Shown here: piece by piece, positions 47,401 through 60,898 of the stretch
How positions within the stretch are numbered: position 1 is the first letter of the stretch
Layout: each line of letters begins with the position of its first letter
Origin: Anthoceros angustus
Taxonomy: Eukaryota; Plantae; Anthocerotophyta
NCBI GenBank assembly: GCA_010909165.1
Contig: MU008153.1
Location: 932,602-996,601, forward strand
DNA length: 64,000 nucleotides
Direction of reading: 5' to 3'
Notes under the pieces: generated by a model
Seen by the model: only the letters and a program-made list of their open reading frames with translations
Databases searched by the model: none
What the model was told of the DNA's origin: nothing
Made by a program: the position numbers and the translations under genes

Positions 47401-48317
47401 GTGGGAGTTCACCGAGGTGTGATGCGTGTCGGAGGTTGGGCGGCCTCGTTGTCGACACAATGGCCTCTTACCTACATCCGCCGCCAGCACCTTCGAGAAG
47501 TGGGGATCGATTTCGTGGGGACCGATCAAACCACCAACGCAATGGAGGAAGCGGTACATTTTGGTGGCTACGGATTATTACAAAGATGGTGGAAGGCGAA
47601 GCAACAAGGAAGGACGACGCACTGCGGTGGTTTCTATTCGAGAACATCATAACGGTATGGATGTCCTTTAGAGTTGGTCGGACGGGGACACATTTCCTCA
47701 ACTCGGTCGTTGAACTAACCACCTACTTCAACATTCGGCATCGAAAGGCGACCCCCCAAAGCGAATGGATTAACGGAGAAGACGAATGGGTTGCTCTGCA
47801 CAATCCTCACCAAGGTGGACACACATGTATGATTGGGATGCTAAGTTGCATTTGACGTGGGCCTGACCGCGGAAAAAGGTAACCACCAAAAGACCCCATT
47901 ATCTAACGTATGGCATGTCACCTGTGATGCCGTGGAATTTGAAGTACCCACCTCTGAGATCATGGAGGACGAGCGCATGATAGAGGATAGCCGGTAGACT
48001 AGAATCATTCATAGAGCGGGAAGAGTAGGGAGGATGCTTTAGAAGAAACCGCATGATTCGGGAACTCGAAAAGATCGGCATGATGGGAGGTTGAGGAAGC
48101 AAGAGGCTATCGTGGACGGGATTTGGTTCTTCTATATGATAGTCGGTACCTAGACTTTCCAGGAAGCTCTAAGATGGATGGGACCTTACGAGGTGGTCGC
48201 AGATACGAGAATGGATCCGTAACTCTCCGGGTCTTGGGCGGTGAATGCGAGTGAGGGTGGAAGATTCCTTGACCCGAGTACTGTTGTTTGCGAGGACGCA
48301 AGCAGTGAGGTGGGGAG
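44450..48317 (+). mobile_element. Degenerate pol (protease-RT-RNase H-integrase) and PPT of a Tat/Athila-like (non-chromovirus) Ty3/gypsy
   Basis: Protease LDSDRVNLM...YKVLIGRPWLY. RT KDHHPLPFMDDVLD and LDDFCVFG. GYYRRFIKDFAK. RNase H VDVSAYAIG, NYSTTEREGL and HVDHFALKYL. Integrase FEKWGIDFVGP and YILVATDY. PPT gaggtggggag at 48307-48317. Many frameshifts. Confidence 0.9.
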
Positions 48318-48319
48318 TA

Positions 48320-51300
48320 TGTGGAGCATAAAAGTTTGGGCAACCAGCCCAAAGACGAACAAGTTTGATTTTTTTGGCTAGACGATTGAAGAGGAGCATG
48401 CAGAAAATTTTTAGAATCTTGAAAAGGAGTTGTAGGATATTGTTAGGAAGGCAAGAGGATATCCCGGGAAGAAGAAAGGTCAAAACCCCGAGGCGGGAGG
48501 GCGGTCAGAAGGTTGGTAGGACTACGCGTGCGCCACACCACCCGGGTGAAGAAGCGGACTACATGGTGGTGGCGGACTACGTAGGTGACAATCTCGGCTA
48601 AAAGGAAATTAGAATAAAGGGGATATCCACTATATATGCTCACAATAGGGGTAAATATAATTAGAGTGATTAATTAGCGGATAGGAAAATAGGTAATTTA
48701 GTTAGGATTTTGGAATGATGAACCAATCTAGGGTTGTGGCCCGTGTGGCATCCAAAGAGGCAAAGTGCGTTTGGGGGCACAACTCACTTCGGGGGTGGAG
48801 CGTAAGCGGAGGAAGGAGGAGGAAGGAGCGCCGCCATCAGCAGGCCGCGCGAGATCGCGAAGAGGAAGGAAGCCAGCGTGGCGGAGAGGAGGAAAAGAAG
48901 AGGCGAGCTCGGGCTCGGGCCAGAGGAAGGAGGAAGAGGTGGAGCGGGCAGGAAGGAGCAGCCAGAGCGTGAAGGTGGGAAGTGAAGCGGAAGGATGACC
49001 GGCTGCCTCGGAGAGAAATCGGGAGGGTGGCGGCAAGAGGTTCGCCGGGGCTAACGTGCCTCGGGTGAAGTTGTTGCTACTACAAGGAAGGAGTGTTTGG
49101 AGTGAAGCTTGAGCTCAAATTGGAGTAATTCCTTCCTTCTTGGAGTAAGGAAGGTGCCACCATGCCTCTGGAAAGGCAAGGGAAGGAGGAGCCAGGCTCT
49201 TCCTCGCGAGGAAAGGAAAGAAGGCGGGAGCTGCTGCGCCGGAGGAGAGGTGATGCCCCAATTCACTTGCTTTGCGGGCAACTCAAGATTTGGTGATTTT
49301 CGGTGGGCGGAGGAAACATCCATTGGGATGGGTGTATGGCGCCAATGGGCCTACACCAATTTGGAATTGATTGAGGAGTGTTACATCAACCTCCATCAAT
49401 CGGCTGCCGCACTCTGGGAAGGAATGCTCGAGGATCCCTGGGTGTAGTATTCGACAGTGTATGGAAGACCGAGGAGGAGAGCTCGAATTGCTCTCCTCGA
49501 AAGGTCGAATGGAGGAAGAGGACCCTCTCTCGACATCCCGCAGGAGTTCCTTGACATGATGGATGGAGGAGTGAAGGCCCACGCCAAGAATGGGCTGGAA
49601 GACCGAGAGCATCAAGGAGGTCAAGTGGAGGCTCTTCAAAGATTGTGCTGGGGTTGGTAAATTACGCACTCTTATTTCAGCACCAACTTCCTCCAATTTT
49701 GTGGAAGATTTCCATGGGAGCCAAGCGGATTGGGGACTATCATGTATGACATACACCATCGAGAGAAGCTCCTCAAGCCAAATTCGGTGGATGAGGAAGG
49801 GACCAAGGCCATGCTACCTTAGCACCTATTTGGTGCATTTATGGGAAACCGGGACTCCTCACAAGCAAGGAGCTTGAAGATGCATGGCATCCCTTTGAGG
49901 TCATCCATCTCCACCGAGGTTGGAAAGGCCTTTGCCTTTGCATTGCGAAGACGGTGGGAGGTCGACCTCCACAAAATGCTAGAAGCAAGAGGAGAAGGTT
50001 CGGAGGCAACAAAGTTGCGGAGTGGGAATCCCCACAGGAGCAAGCAAGGGAAGAAGAGCAAGAAGCGGCCGAAGGCCGAATGGTGGTCTATGAGAGAAGG
50101 ACCACGGGAGGGTGGCCCAGAGGGTGGGGAGTCCCCACCATCTCCTTTGTGCCTACGAGAGGCACCCGACTACCCGGTGAGGCGGTCTACCCAAGGGGTG
50201 GGCAGCCTACGTGGCGGTCACCATGGTAGGTAGGCGGACTACCGTGAGGGGCACCCGCAGTGGCGGGCACCTCGCCGCCAGCAACGGTGGCGGGGAAGGG
50301 AAGGAAGCGGCGAGGTGCAGCGGCCGCCACCATCTCCCGCGTGGGTGGGCGGATGGAGCGGCAGTGAAGGGACCAGCGCCCGCGATGGCCCGAGTGCGGG
50401 AGCTGGAGATTTCCAGAAGAAGGAGGGTGGAATTAGGACCCCTAGGAGAATTCTGGTGCTTGTGAAGCACTCGTGTGGATTTGAAGGCTAGAGGCTAGCA
50501 GCTCCTTGTGGGCATGCCAAGAGAAGTGAAATCTCAAGACATGGCCGGAGGAAGGCAGGACTAAGTGGCAATTGGAGGCCATGGAGTCCGATGAAAAGGC
50601 AGCCAAGTTGGAAAAGGCGTGAGAAGCTCCAAGCGACCTCATGGATGCGCGCGGAGAAACTGGAGGGAAGTTGTTGGTCAAAGAAGAGAGCCATTCGGCA
50701 ACCAAAAGGACTCATGGAGCAAAGGCGGAGGAGCATTTTGCCCAATTAGAGCAAGAGGAAAGCAGGGCACTAGGAAAGGAGGAGCAATGGTGGCCGCACA
50801 GGCAGTGATGGCTACTCAAGCTATCAAAATCCGGACATATGGGAAGAGTTGAGAAGGACCCTTACAATTTGGAAGGCCGGAGAAGTTCACCCGGTGGGCC
50901 GAGAAAGCAAGCGGAGAAAGAGGGGCTTGCTCCAATTAGACTTGGAAGGAGGTCTCGGGAGGAGCGCCACAAGAAGGTGGTGCATAGAATCTTGGTAGTG
51001 AAGCGATTTTGGGACTATGCCCTTGAGGCAAAATTGGCCAGCCCGGTAAAGGGAGGGAGGAGAATGTGACCCTCCATGTCAAGGTGGGAGAATTGACCAC
51101 CTCAAGATGCCTACAAGGTAGGTAGTGCGAGGATGGAGTGGCCACGGAGATTGATGATCTCCAAATGCAATATCATAGCTTGGGGCTCACCTCCTAGAAT
51201 CTTGAAGGCCAACAATGAGAGTCTTACGTTGGCCAAAGGAGGACATTGGGTCCTCATGATGATGACAGAAGGGGCTGCAAGTGCGCGAGGCCTCCGATTT

Positions 51301-53179
51301 TGATGAGGCCATCGTGAAATGGACTCAGGAATGAGGAGTCGAGGGAAGGAGCCGACACGGGATTGGGGAGGCGCGGAGGAGGAGCCTCACGGTCCTACCG
51401 GTGGGTGACCACCTACCCAGTAGTGCCGGACTACTGGTGGGGACCACCTCGCCGGTAGTGCGGACTAGGGGTGGCAGTGCCGCGGCAGCTGTTGGGGAGT
51501 TGGGCGCGAGGCCGAGATGGGAGCCGGGGTGTGTATACCCCTAGAGGAGGTGGGTGGTGGAGAGACAACCCACCGGAGGACGGTCCGACCCGTCGAGGAG
51601 GAAGGTGAGGAAGTTCCCCTATCCACGAGTAAGGGAGGAAGGACCCGAGGAGGTCCAAGAGGCCGGAGAGATTAGGGATCGCATGGTGGGCGATGGGGAT
51701 GAAGTGCTCTATGATAGGTATGGACAAATCAAAGGCAAAAGGATGAAGATCACCCAAGAAACCCTCACGGAGGAAGCGAAGAAGGAAGTAGGAGCTCAGA
51801 CTACCATGGTGGGTAGTCACCTACCCGATAGTCTGCCGGACCGCGGTAGGGTCGAATAAACGGCGCGACCGGGCGGAGATGGAGAAGGCGCCTAGGTGCG
51901 GGAGGCGGGCGGAGGCCGAGGAATGCGCCCGCGAGATGGAGGAAGGGGCAGATGTACTTGCCCACACATTAGAAGCGACAAACGGGAAGGGCAAGAGCAA
52001 AGGAGGCGAGGAGCCAATCCACCGGACACGTCACCCAGTGAGGTGAAGACTAGATATGGTCAATGACCATAAATGCTAGGTAGAAGAATAGGAAGGACGG
52101 TGATGTAATCGACATCCTTCAAGGATGGTCTTAGGTGAAGTTACTAGAATAGAATTTACCAAAGGACAATAGACTTAGGTGCGGACATTAAATCTTTGGT
52201 AGGAAATAATAGAATATTGGAAAAGGTGACTGCGGTAGGGTCACCTAAGGGAGGTTGTATGTGGAAGGCCTCCTATAAGAGGAGGATTTCACAAAGTAAA
52301 GTATCATGTCTTGCGCGCTCATCGAGTCCTTTGCCATTCTGAGGAATTTCGTGCTGAGCCAACACAGTCTGGTAGAGAGGAAGTCGCGGTGGTGAGTGGT
52401 GGTGGAGGACTTGCTCGCAAGTGCCTAAACGAGTTGCTCCCCTTGTGAATGGTTCTTTGTGAAATTGCTTTGCTTTGGGTGTGTGGCAAATGCCGAGAAC
52501 TCTCGGCTTGAGGGTAGACTAGGAAAGACTCCTGGAGGTTCTCGTCGTGTCAAACTCATAGCCGCCCAAGGAAGAACTTGGTGGAGGCGGGAGGCGGTTG
52601 TCGTAAGGGCGAGTCGAAACCAAGAAGCCCGAGGAGGTTAGAATAGGAGAGGATGAGGAGATGAGAAGATGAGTAGAGGATTAGAGGTGTAGGTGTTAGT
52701 GGAAGGCCACAGGCGAGCCTAAGGGACGAATCCCAAATCTGCAAAAGAGCGCTCCACAGGTGGAGAAGTGGTCTTAGAAGTAGGGACGAATCAAGTGTGG
52801 TGGGGGTCCTGGGCGTGGTAGGCTCCTCTGAGGCGGGACCGCAATTGTGTTGTGTCGTTGTAGGTCAAGTTTGGTCTTAAGTAGGGACGAAATCGCGTGT
52901 GAATGGGGTCCAGGCGCCGTGGTAGGCTCCTTGGCGAGGGACCCGCAATTGTTTTGTGTCGTTGTGGGTCGGGGTTGGCGATTTTGAGCGTGCAAGTGGT
53001 GCAGTGCTGAGAGGAGAGTAGAGGCGCCTTGCTTGTTTGAGGAGAAGTGTCACGCGGTGGATCGGGCATCACAAGACCTCGAACTTTCACACAAGTCTCA
53101 TGGGGAAACCCAACGTCTGGGCGACAGGATAAGTGTGGCCGCTATAGTGGGAGGACCGGAGTGCCCTCTCCCTACCACA
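48320..53179 (+). mobile_element. Complete 4,860-bp LTR of the Tat/Athila-like element
   Basis: Starts TGTGG just after the PPT and ends CCACA (5-bp inverted termini). Followed by tttt and a tggcgcc-type PBS at 53184. TATA-like cctataag at 52274. Confidence 0.88.
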
Positions 53180-53183
53180 TTTT

Positions 53184-55400
53184 TGGCGCCTGTCGGGACT
53201 TGTTGTTGAAAGGTTGAAGTTTTGTGGTTTCCATCGCTAGGTGAGAATGCTTTTCAAAGGGACCGAGTCGACCATGTGGGTGAGAGAGCATTTCACGCCC
53301 TAAGTGTCATAGGGGTGAATGGTTGAGACACTAAGGGGTGTGATTTGCTTCCTCTTAACACACTGGGTTGGAGGACATGAGGATGGTTGCGGATGTCGGG
53401 TCGATCTCAGGGGAGATACACGGAAGGTCACCCACATCACCGCAAGAGATTTACGAGCCTTACGAAGAAATCAGCTAAGGGAAGAGACCGCCGCTGTCGC
53501 CACTCGAGGACAGCGGGAGGAAGTGGAGACACGAGCGGACGTGGAGGAAGTCGCCATGACCCCGGAAGGCGACGGAGGTGCGGAACGACAGACGGAGGAA
53601 TTGGAGGAAGAAGAGGCGGAGATCACCGACAGCGAGAGGAAGGAGGTCGTAGAAGAGAAATTGGTGTCCAGTGACGAGGAAGGAGCGCGCTCCTCCGAGC
53701 ACGAGTTGCCTTCCCGCCGCGAACGCCGGCGTTTTGCTTCTCAAAGCGGTGACACCACCTTCCATCGGGTGACAGCGGGGTCGTGATGGGAGTTTCAGCT
53801 TGGTCGGAGGATTTGGCGGACGACTCGATCGAATCTGGTCGATTGATCTTTGGGACGGACTAGAGGGAGGTCGCTACTCCCTTCGTAGAAGATTTCGTGC
53901 TCAAGGATCCCGATTTGTTTCCCGTTACCCGAGAGGAGTGTTGGTCCGTGGACACTCGACGAGCAACATGAGTGGAGTTGGTGGAGGAGGAGGACCGCCC
54001 AACTTCATAGTCGCCATACGTCAAATTCGGAGAAGAAGAAGGGAGATGATGCGGGCGTTTGGAACTTTCGAGCACGTCTCCCCATGCTAATTTAGAGGAT
54101 GGAGTCGCCGACTCGCATCTTCCGGGGCTGAGAGGGCATGCATGGTATGGTCGCATATAATTCGGTGCGACGGATTGGGAAGCTCTTAAGGCCTTCTTGA
54201 ATCGGTTCGAGGGCTCGATTCACACACCACACCTTGGCAAAGTTGAGAACCCTCCGAAGGAAGAAAGCGAGAGTCGTTGTTCGATTATGTGGAGAGGTTT
54301 TATGGATATCGGATCGGGTTCAAATGTGCACCCGAGAGGCCGAGATCCACCACCTCAGGTACTCACAAGAACAAGCGTTGGATTGGTTTGTGAGTGGCTT
54401 GTCACGAAAATGGAGGTACACTGCGCGGACGAAGACGTTGGCGGGGCCTCCGCTTAGAGGAATGGGAGTCCGCCGAGTTGGGGAGGAGGAAGAAGAGGCG
54501 AGTCATAAGAAGAGGAAAGGATCGAGGAGATCTAGCTCCTCGTCTTCCTCTACCTCCTCCAGCTCGTCGCCTCTTCCTCATCGAAGTGAGGACGAACTCG
54601 AAAGCTCCACATCGGATGAGGAATCGGAGAAGGCCTACGAACGAATGAGGAAGGACTGGAGAAGGTCAAAAAAGCGACAAGAGGAGGCGGAACGCGCATT
54701 GGAGAAGGAGAGGGAAGACGGTCCGTCGGATGGAGAAGGAGAGAAACGTCTGCAGGGAGGAGGATTCTTTGGACAAGTGGAGGCTTTGACCAAGATTGAC
54801 CGAGTTGGAGGTCAAGGCGTGAAGAATCAAGCTCCACGAAGATCTCCTTCGCCCGGGCTTGGTGTATTGCTCGATGTCATCAAGCGGACACACCAACCGA
54901 GAATGTATTCGCACCGACGCGTAAATCATGTGGAAACCGTTATGCCGGAGATTATTGGTGCGTGGACGGGCGTACAAGCGTCAGCGGTCACCACCTCAAT
55001 CAATGAGAGCGACTTACAACGCACCGGTCCCTCAAGGTATGGCGTCCACATCGCCGACAATGGAGACCGGATCCATCCGCGGCCGATGGCAATTCCACGG
55101 TGTTGTTACGAGCCCAGGACACTACTCAACGAATGCCCGTAACCACGGAAGCAAGTAGGTTATGTACCCTTTTGCCAGGTATGTAAGGAATTGGGACATA
55201 AAATGGGGACCCGGATGCTCGGGGTGGCGAGTGACACCAGCCGAGTCGGAGTTCAGCTGCGGCGGAAGAGGCGACCCAACACTGAAACCGCAATTACCGT
55301 GACCACAACACCGGTGTTGAAGGTGGAAGCGGAGTATGATTCCCTCGAAGGATTCAGTGTGACGTCAGGTATCGTGGAGGAAGGATGAGGGAGAAATAAG
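53184..55400 (+). mobile_element. PBS plus degenerate gag of the same family, downstream of LTR2 (tandem arrangement)
   Basis: PBS tggcgcctgtcggga. Gag-like ESLFDYVERF and LDWFVSGL, and zinc-knuckle remnant FCQVCKELGH. Confidence 0.75.
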
Positions 55401-55569
55401 CGCGGATGAAAGGTTGATGGTGGCCAGGGTAACCACCAGATCGGGCCGTCGCGAGAAAGGACGGACTACGGAAAAACGGCGGGCGCATGAGGAAAGGAAA
55501 CGGAGGAAGGTGAGGGATGACTCACCGTGGTCTCAGGAGCACTTCAGTGTAAGAAGAGCAGAACAAGGT

Positions 55570-56680
55570 GGGTAGATGCGTGATGAGATCAAGGGATACC
55601 GGTTGTAAGATCTTACAAGGAAAGAGATTATTTTTAGCAAGGACGTTGTATTTAATGAGGTTGCGGAACCTGACAAAGGAGTGGGAACTCCAACCCTAGT
55701 GGTTTTCATAAAGGATCCAGCGACGTATGCATAAAACCCTAACGAGGATTCTCAGTATGATGAGACTCTTGAGCAACCTGCTCGTGAGCTCAGAGAACGT
55801 TAACCCTCTCAACAACACGACATAGAGGAGGGAGAAAGGGAAATTCCCAATGTCGCATTTGAAGAAGAACATCAAAGAATTATTGCAGTTGAAGAAGAAG
55901 AGGAAGATCGAAGTATTCTAGAGACACAACCAATCTTAAGGAGTTCAATAAGATAATGGAAACCTTCACAAAAGATCTTGGAATCCATGAATGCATGTGT
56001 GTATGAGGAGGCATGGTTGGCAGATGCCGGCAAACCACAAATCATGAGGAAAGCGTTAAAAGGACTAAAGGAGAAGAAGAAGGTAGAGAAGACTCTCTAC
56101 CAATGCACCATGGGTTGTCTTAAGTATTTGACGACAAGGACAAAGCCCGATTTTGTAGAGGCAGTGAGAGTTGGGAGTCAATTCTTGGCCAACCCTGGAC
56201 AACAGCATTATCAAGCAGTCAAGAGGATATTTAGGTACTTGCACAGTACATAGCATTGGAAGTTGAGATACCAAAAGGAGTGATAATAAGAAGCCCAGGT
56301 GGTTGGATTTTGTGATTCAGATTGGGTTGGAGATGTCGATGGCCGCAAGTCTACCACATGATACATGTTTATACTATTTGGGGGAGCCATTTCATGGAGT
56401 AGTAGGCGTCAATCTACTGTGGCTCTGTCCTCTACAAAAACACAATACATGGCTATGGAACAATGGAAGCAATATGGCTACGAAGACTGCTTGAAGAAAT
56501 GGGATTTAAGCAGAAGGGTCCAACAACCATCTTCAATGACAATCAAGGTTGTATTTTCTTAGCCAAGAATACTACTTTTCATACTGGCATCAAAACACAT
56601 TGAAGTCAAGCATCACTTCATCAGAGAGAAAGTTCAATCAAAGATATGGAGCTAGCATATTATCCCACATAGAACATGCA
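55570..56680 (+). mobile_element. Internally deleted Ty1/copia pol remnant (integrase tail, RT end, RNase H)
   Basis: KGYRL..D...SKDVVFNE; YQCTMGCLKYLTTRTKPD...HYQAVKRIFRYL; GFCDSDWVGDVDGRKST; GAISWSSRRQSTVALSST; KHIEVKHHFIREKV. Confidence 0.9.
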
Positions 56681-56684
56681 TGTG

Positions 56685-57535
56685 CAATCCACCCCCCCTA
56701 ATTGGGACTGGTTCGGAGTGACTTTAGAGGTCCCATTAAGGGAGGTGTCATGATTATATTTTTCCTGTTTAATAAATAAAAATATTATAAGCTTAAAAAA
56801 TAAAAAACCTAAAAAAGAAAATTTAAATTTTGATTGATAGGTTTCACTAAAAATAACTTTTACCACTTCTCTATATAGTTGTTTGAAAGCTAGAACTCTC
56901 TCTAAGCAACATAAAAAAACCTCTAGTGGAACTCCTACGCAGCTATCCCCGCAAGTAGGGAAGTCTGTGCAAAAAGAGCAACTTGATGCTGAGCGTAGTT
57001 ATCCTAACTACAGTATGGAAGAAGGCAGACGAAGAAGTTTGGCAGTGATTGTGAATATAGAAGAGAACAGATCCTCCAGATCTGTAGACAGAGGGCGACT
57101 TGAAGCTCTTTTCAGCATGTTGCACTTTGATATTGATATCTTAGTGGACAGTTCTGACAGACAGAGGGCGACTTGAAGCTCTTTTCAGCATGTTGCACTT
57201 TGATATTGATATCTTAGTGGACAGTTCTGACAGTGTCAAAGCTCATATTAGCTATCATAAAGGAAAAATTTTAGCTTAAGAGTCTTCAATCACACCTAAA
57301 AGTCTATTGTGCTCTGAAATAATCGATTTTTTTTGGTATTTTTAATTTTTAGTAAAAAAATAGAAACCCCATTTAGGGAGGTGAAACTAACATGAATGTA
57401 TGTTTCAAAAGGTCCCAATTACCATTTAGGGAAAAGTCCCATTTGTTACATTGTAAACTAAAGGGAGTAAGATGGGAGGTCCCATTTAGAGAGGAATCCC
57501 ATTTAAAGAGTTCCCAATTAGGGGGGGGCCGACTA
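56685..57535. mobile_element. Non-autonomous pogo-like TIR element related to 22719-24049
   Basis: Ends caatccaccccccctaattggga ... tcccaattaggggggggccgacta|ta resemble the TIRs at 22719/24049. Subterminal cccattta repeats. Contains a 73-bp tandem duplication (57087-57233). Confidence 0.78.
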
Positions 57536-57934
57536 TAGATATTTTGACTAAAGGGTTGACTTTAGAGAAATATATGTATTAAGCAAGATGCTAGAAAGAG
57601 TAGGGCTATATATGTATGCATAGCATTCATAGCTACGAGAGTATGTCAAGGCCAAGGGCTATATCTGTATGCATAGCATACCATTTTTAATGTCCAAATT
57701 AATGTTTTCTAACAGTTTTGACCAAGGCGAGTTTCAGCCATAGATTTGGCGCTAGCAAGCAAATTGGGAAACAACACCGACTCGAATTTTTCTTAAATAA
57801 GTCAGGACTGGGTCTAATAGAGGAGTTTGATGCGGCGACGGGGAGTGGAACTATGGTTGCTGTCCGTGAAGAGGATGCCACAGATTGGTGCTGCCATGAC
57901 GTGGGATCGGAGCGCTAAGGGTTTGGCTGCAACC

Positions 57935-60898
57935 ATGAGGCAGGCTCGGGGCATGCCGCTGCTGCTGCTGCATCTTCTGCTAGCATGGATGACGGTGGCG
58001 CAGGCCAGGTTTGTGGTGGAGGAAAACAGCATCACCGTCACCTCACCGTCCACGGCTGCACAGAAGACCTACAACAGCGCGATTGGCAACTTTGGGGTCC
58101 CGCACTACGGCGGAACCTTGCTCGGGAATGTTGTGTACCCGAGCCAGAATCCCACTGCCTGTGTCCCCTTTTCCACCAGTTTCAAGAGTGCCACTCCGGG
58201 AGGCCTTCCCACGATTTTACTAACAGATCGTGGTGGTACGTGCTGGGACTGTCGTTTGCAGCGGGTTCGGTGTTGGATCCGGGTTTTTGGATCTCAATCT
58301 AGTGGCCTGGCCCGGAATCGTGATGCGTGACTCAGTTCTGGTGGTTTGCTTACAGATTGTTTCTTTGCCAAGAAGGTATGGAATGCACAGCAAGCTGGAG
58401 CTGCGGCGGTTCTTGTCGCGGATGATAGGCCTGAGCTTCTTATCACCATGGACCAGCCGGATGCTGACGCAGATGCGTACACTTACCTGCCAAACATCAC
58501 CATCCCGTCTGCCCTTATTGAGCAGAACTTTGGTGACCAGCTCAAGAAGTGGCTGGCTGACAAGAGCGAGATGGTGACCTTGAATTTGGATTGGAGGGAG
58601 TCGTTGCCGCATCCTGATAACCGGGTGGAGTATGAGTTTTGGACGAACAGTAACGACCAGTGTGGGCCCAAGTGTGACACCATTATGGGGTTTTTGAAGG
58701 ACTTTAAAGGTGCTGCGGAGATCCTCGAGCAGGGTTCTTTCGCTGAATTCACTCCGCACTACATAACTTGGTACTGTCCTCAGGCTTTCATTTTTAGTAA
58801 GCAGTGCAAGGCCCAGTGCATCAACAACGGCAGATATTGCGCCCCAGATCCGGAACAAGATTTCACTATTGGATATGACGGCAAAGACGTTGTGAAGGAG
58901 AATTTGAGGCAGCTGTGTGTGTTTAAGGTTGGGAAAGAGAAGCTTCAAAAACCATGGGTGTGGTGGGATTATGTGACGGACTTCCAGATCAGGTGCCCCA
59001 TGAAGGAGCAAAAATACAACAAGGCTTGTGCAGAGGAAGTCATCAAGTCACTCGGTTCGTGTGGTGGCACCTGTCGGATGTCCTCTCTTGTTCCAGTTGG
59101 ACATCGTTTGAAGAGGGTACTGAAATTGCCTTGATCGAAGTGCTTGCAGGTCTACCTTTGGATGACATCAATGCCTGTATTGGTGACCCGGATGCTAATG
59201 TGGACAATGAGGTTCTGAAGAAGGAGCAAGATGCACAGGTGCAACACTTGGTCTCTCCATTGAACTTGATGGAGCTTTGACTTCTGCGTGGAAGGGCATT
59301 ACTATCTTAGCAGCTGTGGCTTAGTGACTTGTTGCTGGCTGGCTTTGGCTTCTGTTCGTGGTTAGGTTGGACAGGGGGATCGGGGTGATGTTACAATTTT
59401 GCCTACCCTAATCATCAATCAGAGGCAGTACAGAGGTGGGCAATTTGATTCATAAGCTACGTTAGTCTATGCAAATGCCAAATCCATCTGCAGGCCTGAG
59501 TGGATAATTTTGGTGTCTCCAGGGAAGTTGGACAGGACGGCAGTCCTGAAGGGCATTTGCTCAGGGTTCCAGGAAGCAACCGAGCCAGCTATCTGTCTGA
59601 ATGAAGGTTTGATTGATGGAAATGTTTGATAGCACGGGTCTTCATTGTCTGGGTCATTTTTGCATCGATGGGTTTCATCATTTTACATCTTTTCCATTGT
59701 AGAAATGGAGACCAACGAATGTCTGAACAATAATGGTGGCTGTTGGCAAAATACGAAGCAGAATATCACAGCCTGCAAGGTAAGACACATTGGCAGAGTC
59801 TCTGCCAGCTTGGAACTTTGTGGGAGCTAAGACATAAACAGCTGAAAACCTTGGGAGTGTGCAGGATACTTTCCGCGGCAGAGTTTGCCAGTGCCCTTCA
59901 GTTGGAGGGGTACAATTTCAGGGTGATGGTTACAGCTCCTGTGAACGTAAGTTCAAAGTCCATCTGAATTACCTCAGTCCTGTCCAATTTCGGGCTGAGT
60001 TAGCACTCACTAATAATCTGTTTTTCAGCTATTGGCACCGGGCGTTGTACAATTGATAATGGTGGCTGCTGGAAAGAGACAAAAGATTCCGTGACCTTCT
60101 CTGCCTGTTCGGTGAGTAGGATTTCGTCTCATCAAGGTGCTGATGCTGCTCGTCCCCTTCAACATTCCTGAATGTGGTTGCTTTCTACAGGACGTGACGC
60201 TGCAGGGCTGTCAATGCCCAAGTGGCTTCAAGGGCGATGGAGTTAGCAGTTGTATCGGTATGTTGCTACCTTTCCATATGTATGGGTATGCTGTTACCTT
60301 CGGGATAGTTTATGATTCTGGCGCCTGGTGGCAGACGGTCTCAATAAACTAAACCTTTGTTGTGGTACCACCAGATATTGACGAGTGTGCTGAGAAAACA
60401 GCTTGCACGTGTCCACAGTGCTCGTGCAAGAACACATGGGGAGGCTTTGATTGCTCATGCACAGGCTCCTCAGATCTCCTATATATTCGGGAGCATGACA
60501 CATGCATAAGTAAGTGTATGCTACCATCAGCTAGTCCTCTAACGCTGAATGTCTCATACTCGCTCCCCTCGCTAGGCTCTAACAAGACCCTTCGGCCTTG
60601 CAGGTAAGTCGGAGCAAGCTTCCAGGGTTGGCTGGGTAGTCACGTTGATTGTGTTTGCGGCCTTGGCCGTTGTTGGTGTCAGTGGCTACATTGTGTACAA
60701 GTACAGGCTTCGGGTAAGGGTTGTTTCAACTCCTCCTCCATTGTGTCGGTGCACTTTTTTGGTGAGGAACTGAACTTCCTTTTACACCTTGTCGTGCAGT
60801 CATATATGGATTCAGAAATTAGAGCGATCATGGCGCAGTATATGCCTCTCGACAGTCAGGGTGATGCCCTGCATCATCTGACAGACGAGGACAGGTAA
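57935..60898 (+). CDS. VSR: Vacuolar sorting receptor (BP-80 family): signal peptide, PA domain, thioredoxin-like region, 3 EGF repeats, TM, YMPL tail; ~12 exons
   Basis: [97 protein letters not shown] exons, TM exon 60604-60713 and [20 protein letters not shown]. The stop is at 60896-60898, or at 60977-60979 if a last micro-exon is used. Confidence 0.96.
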
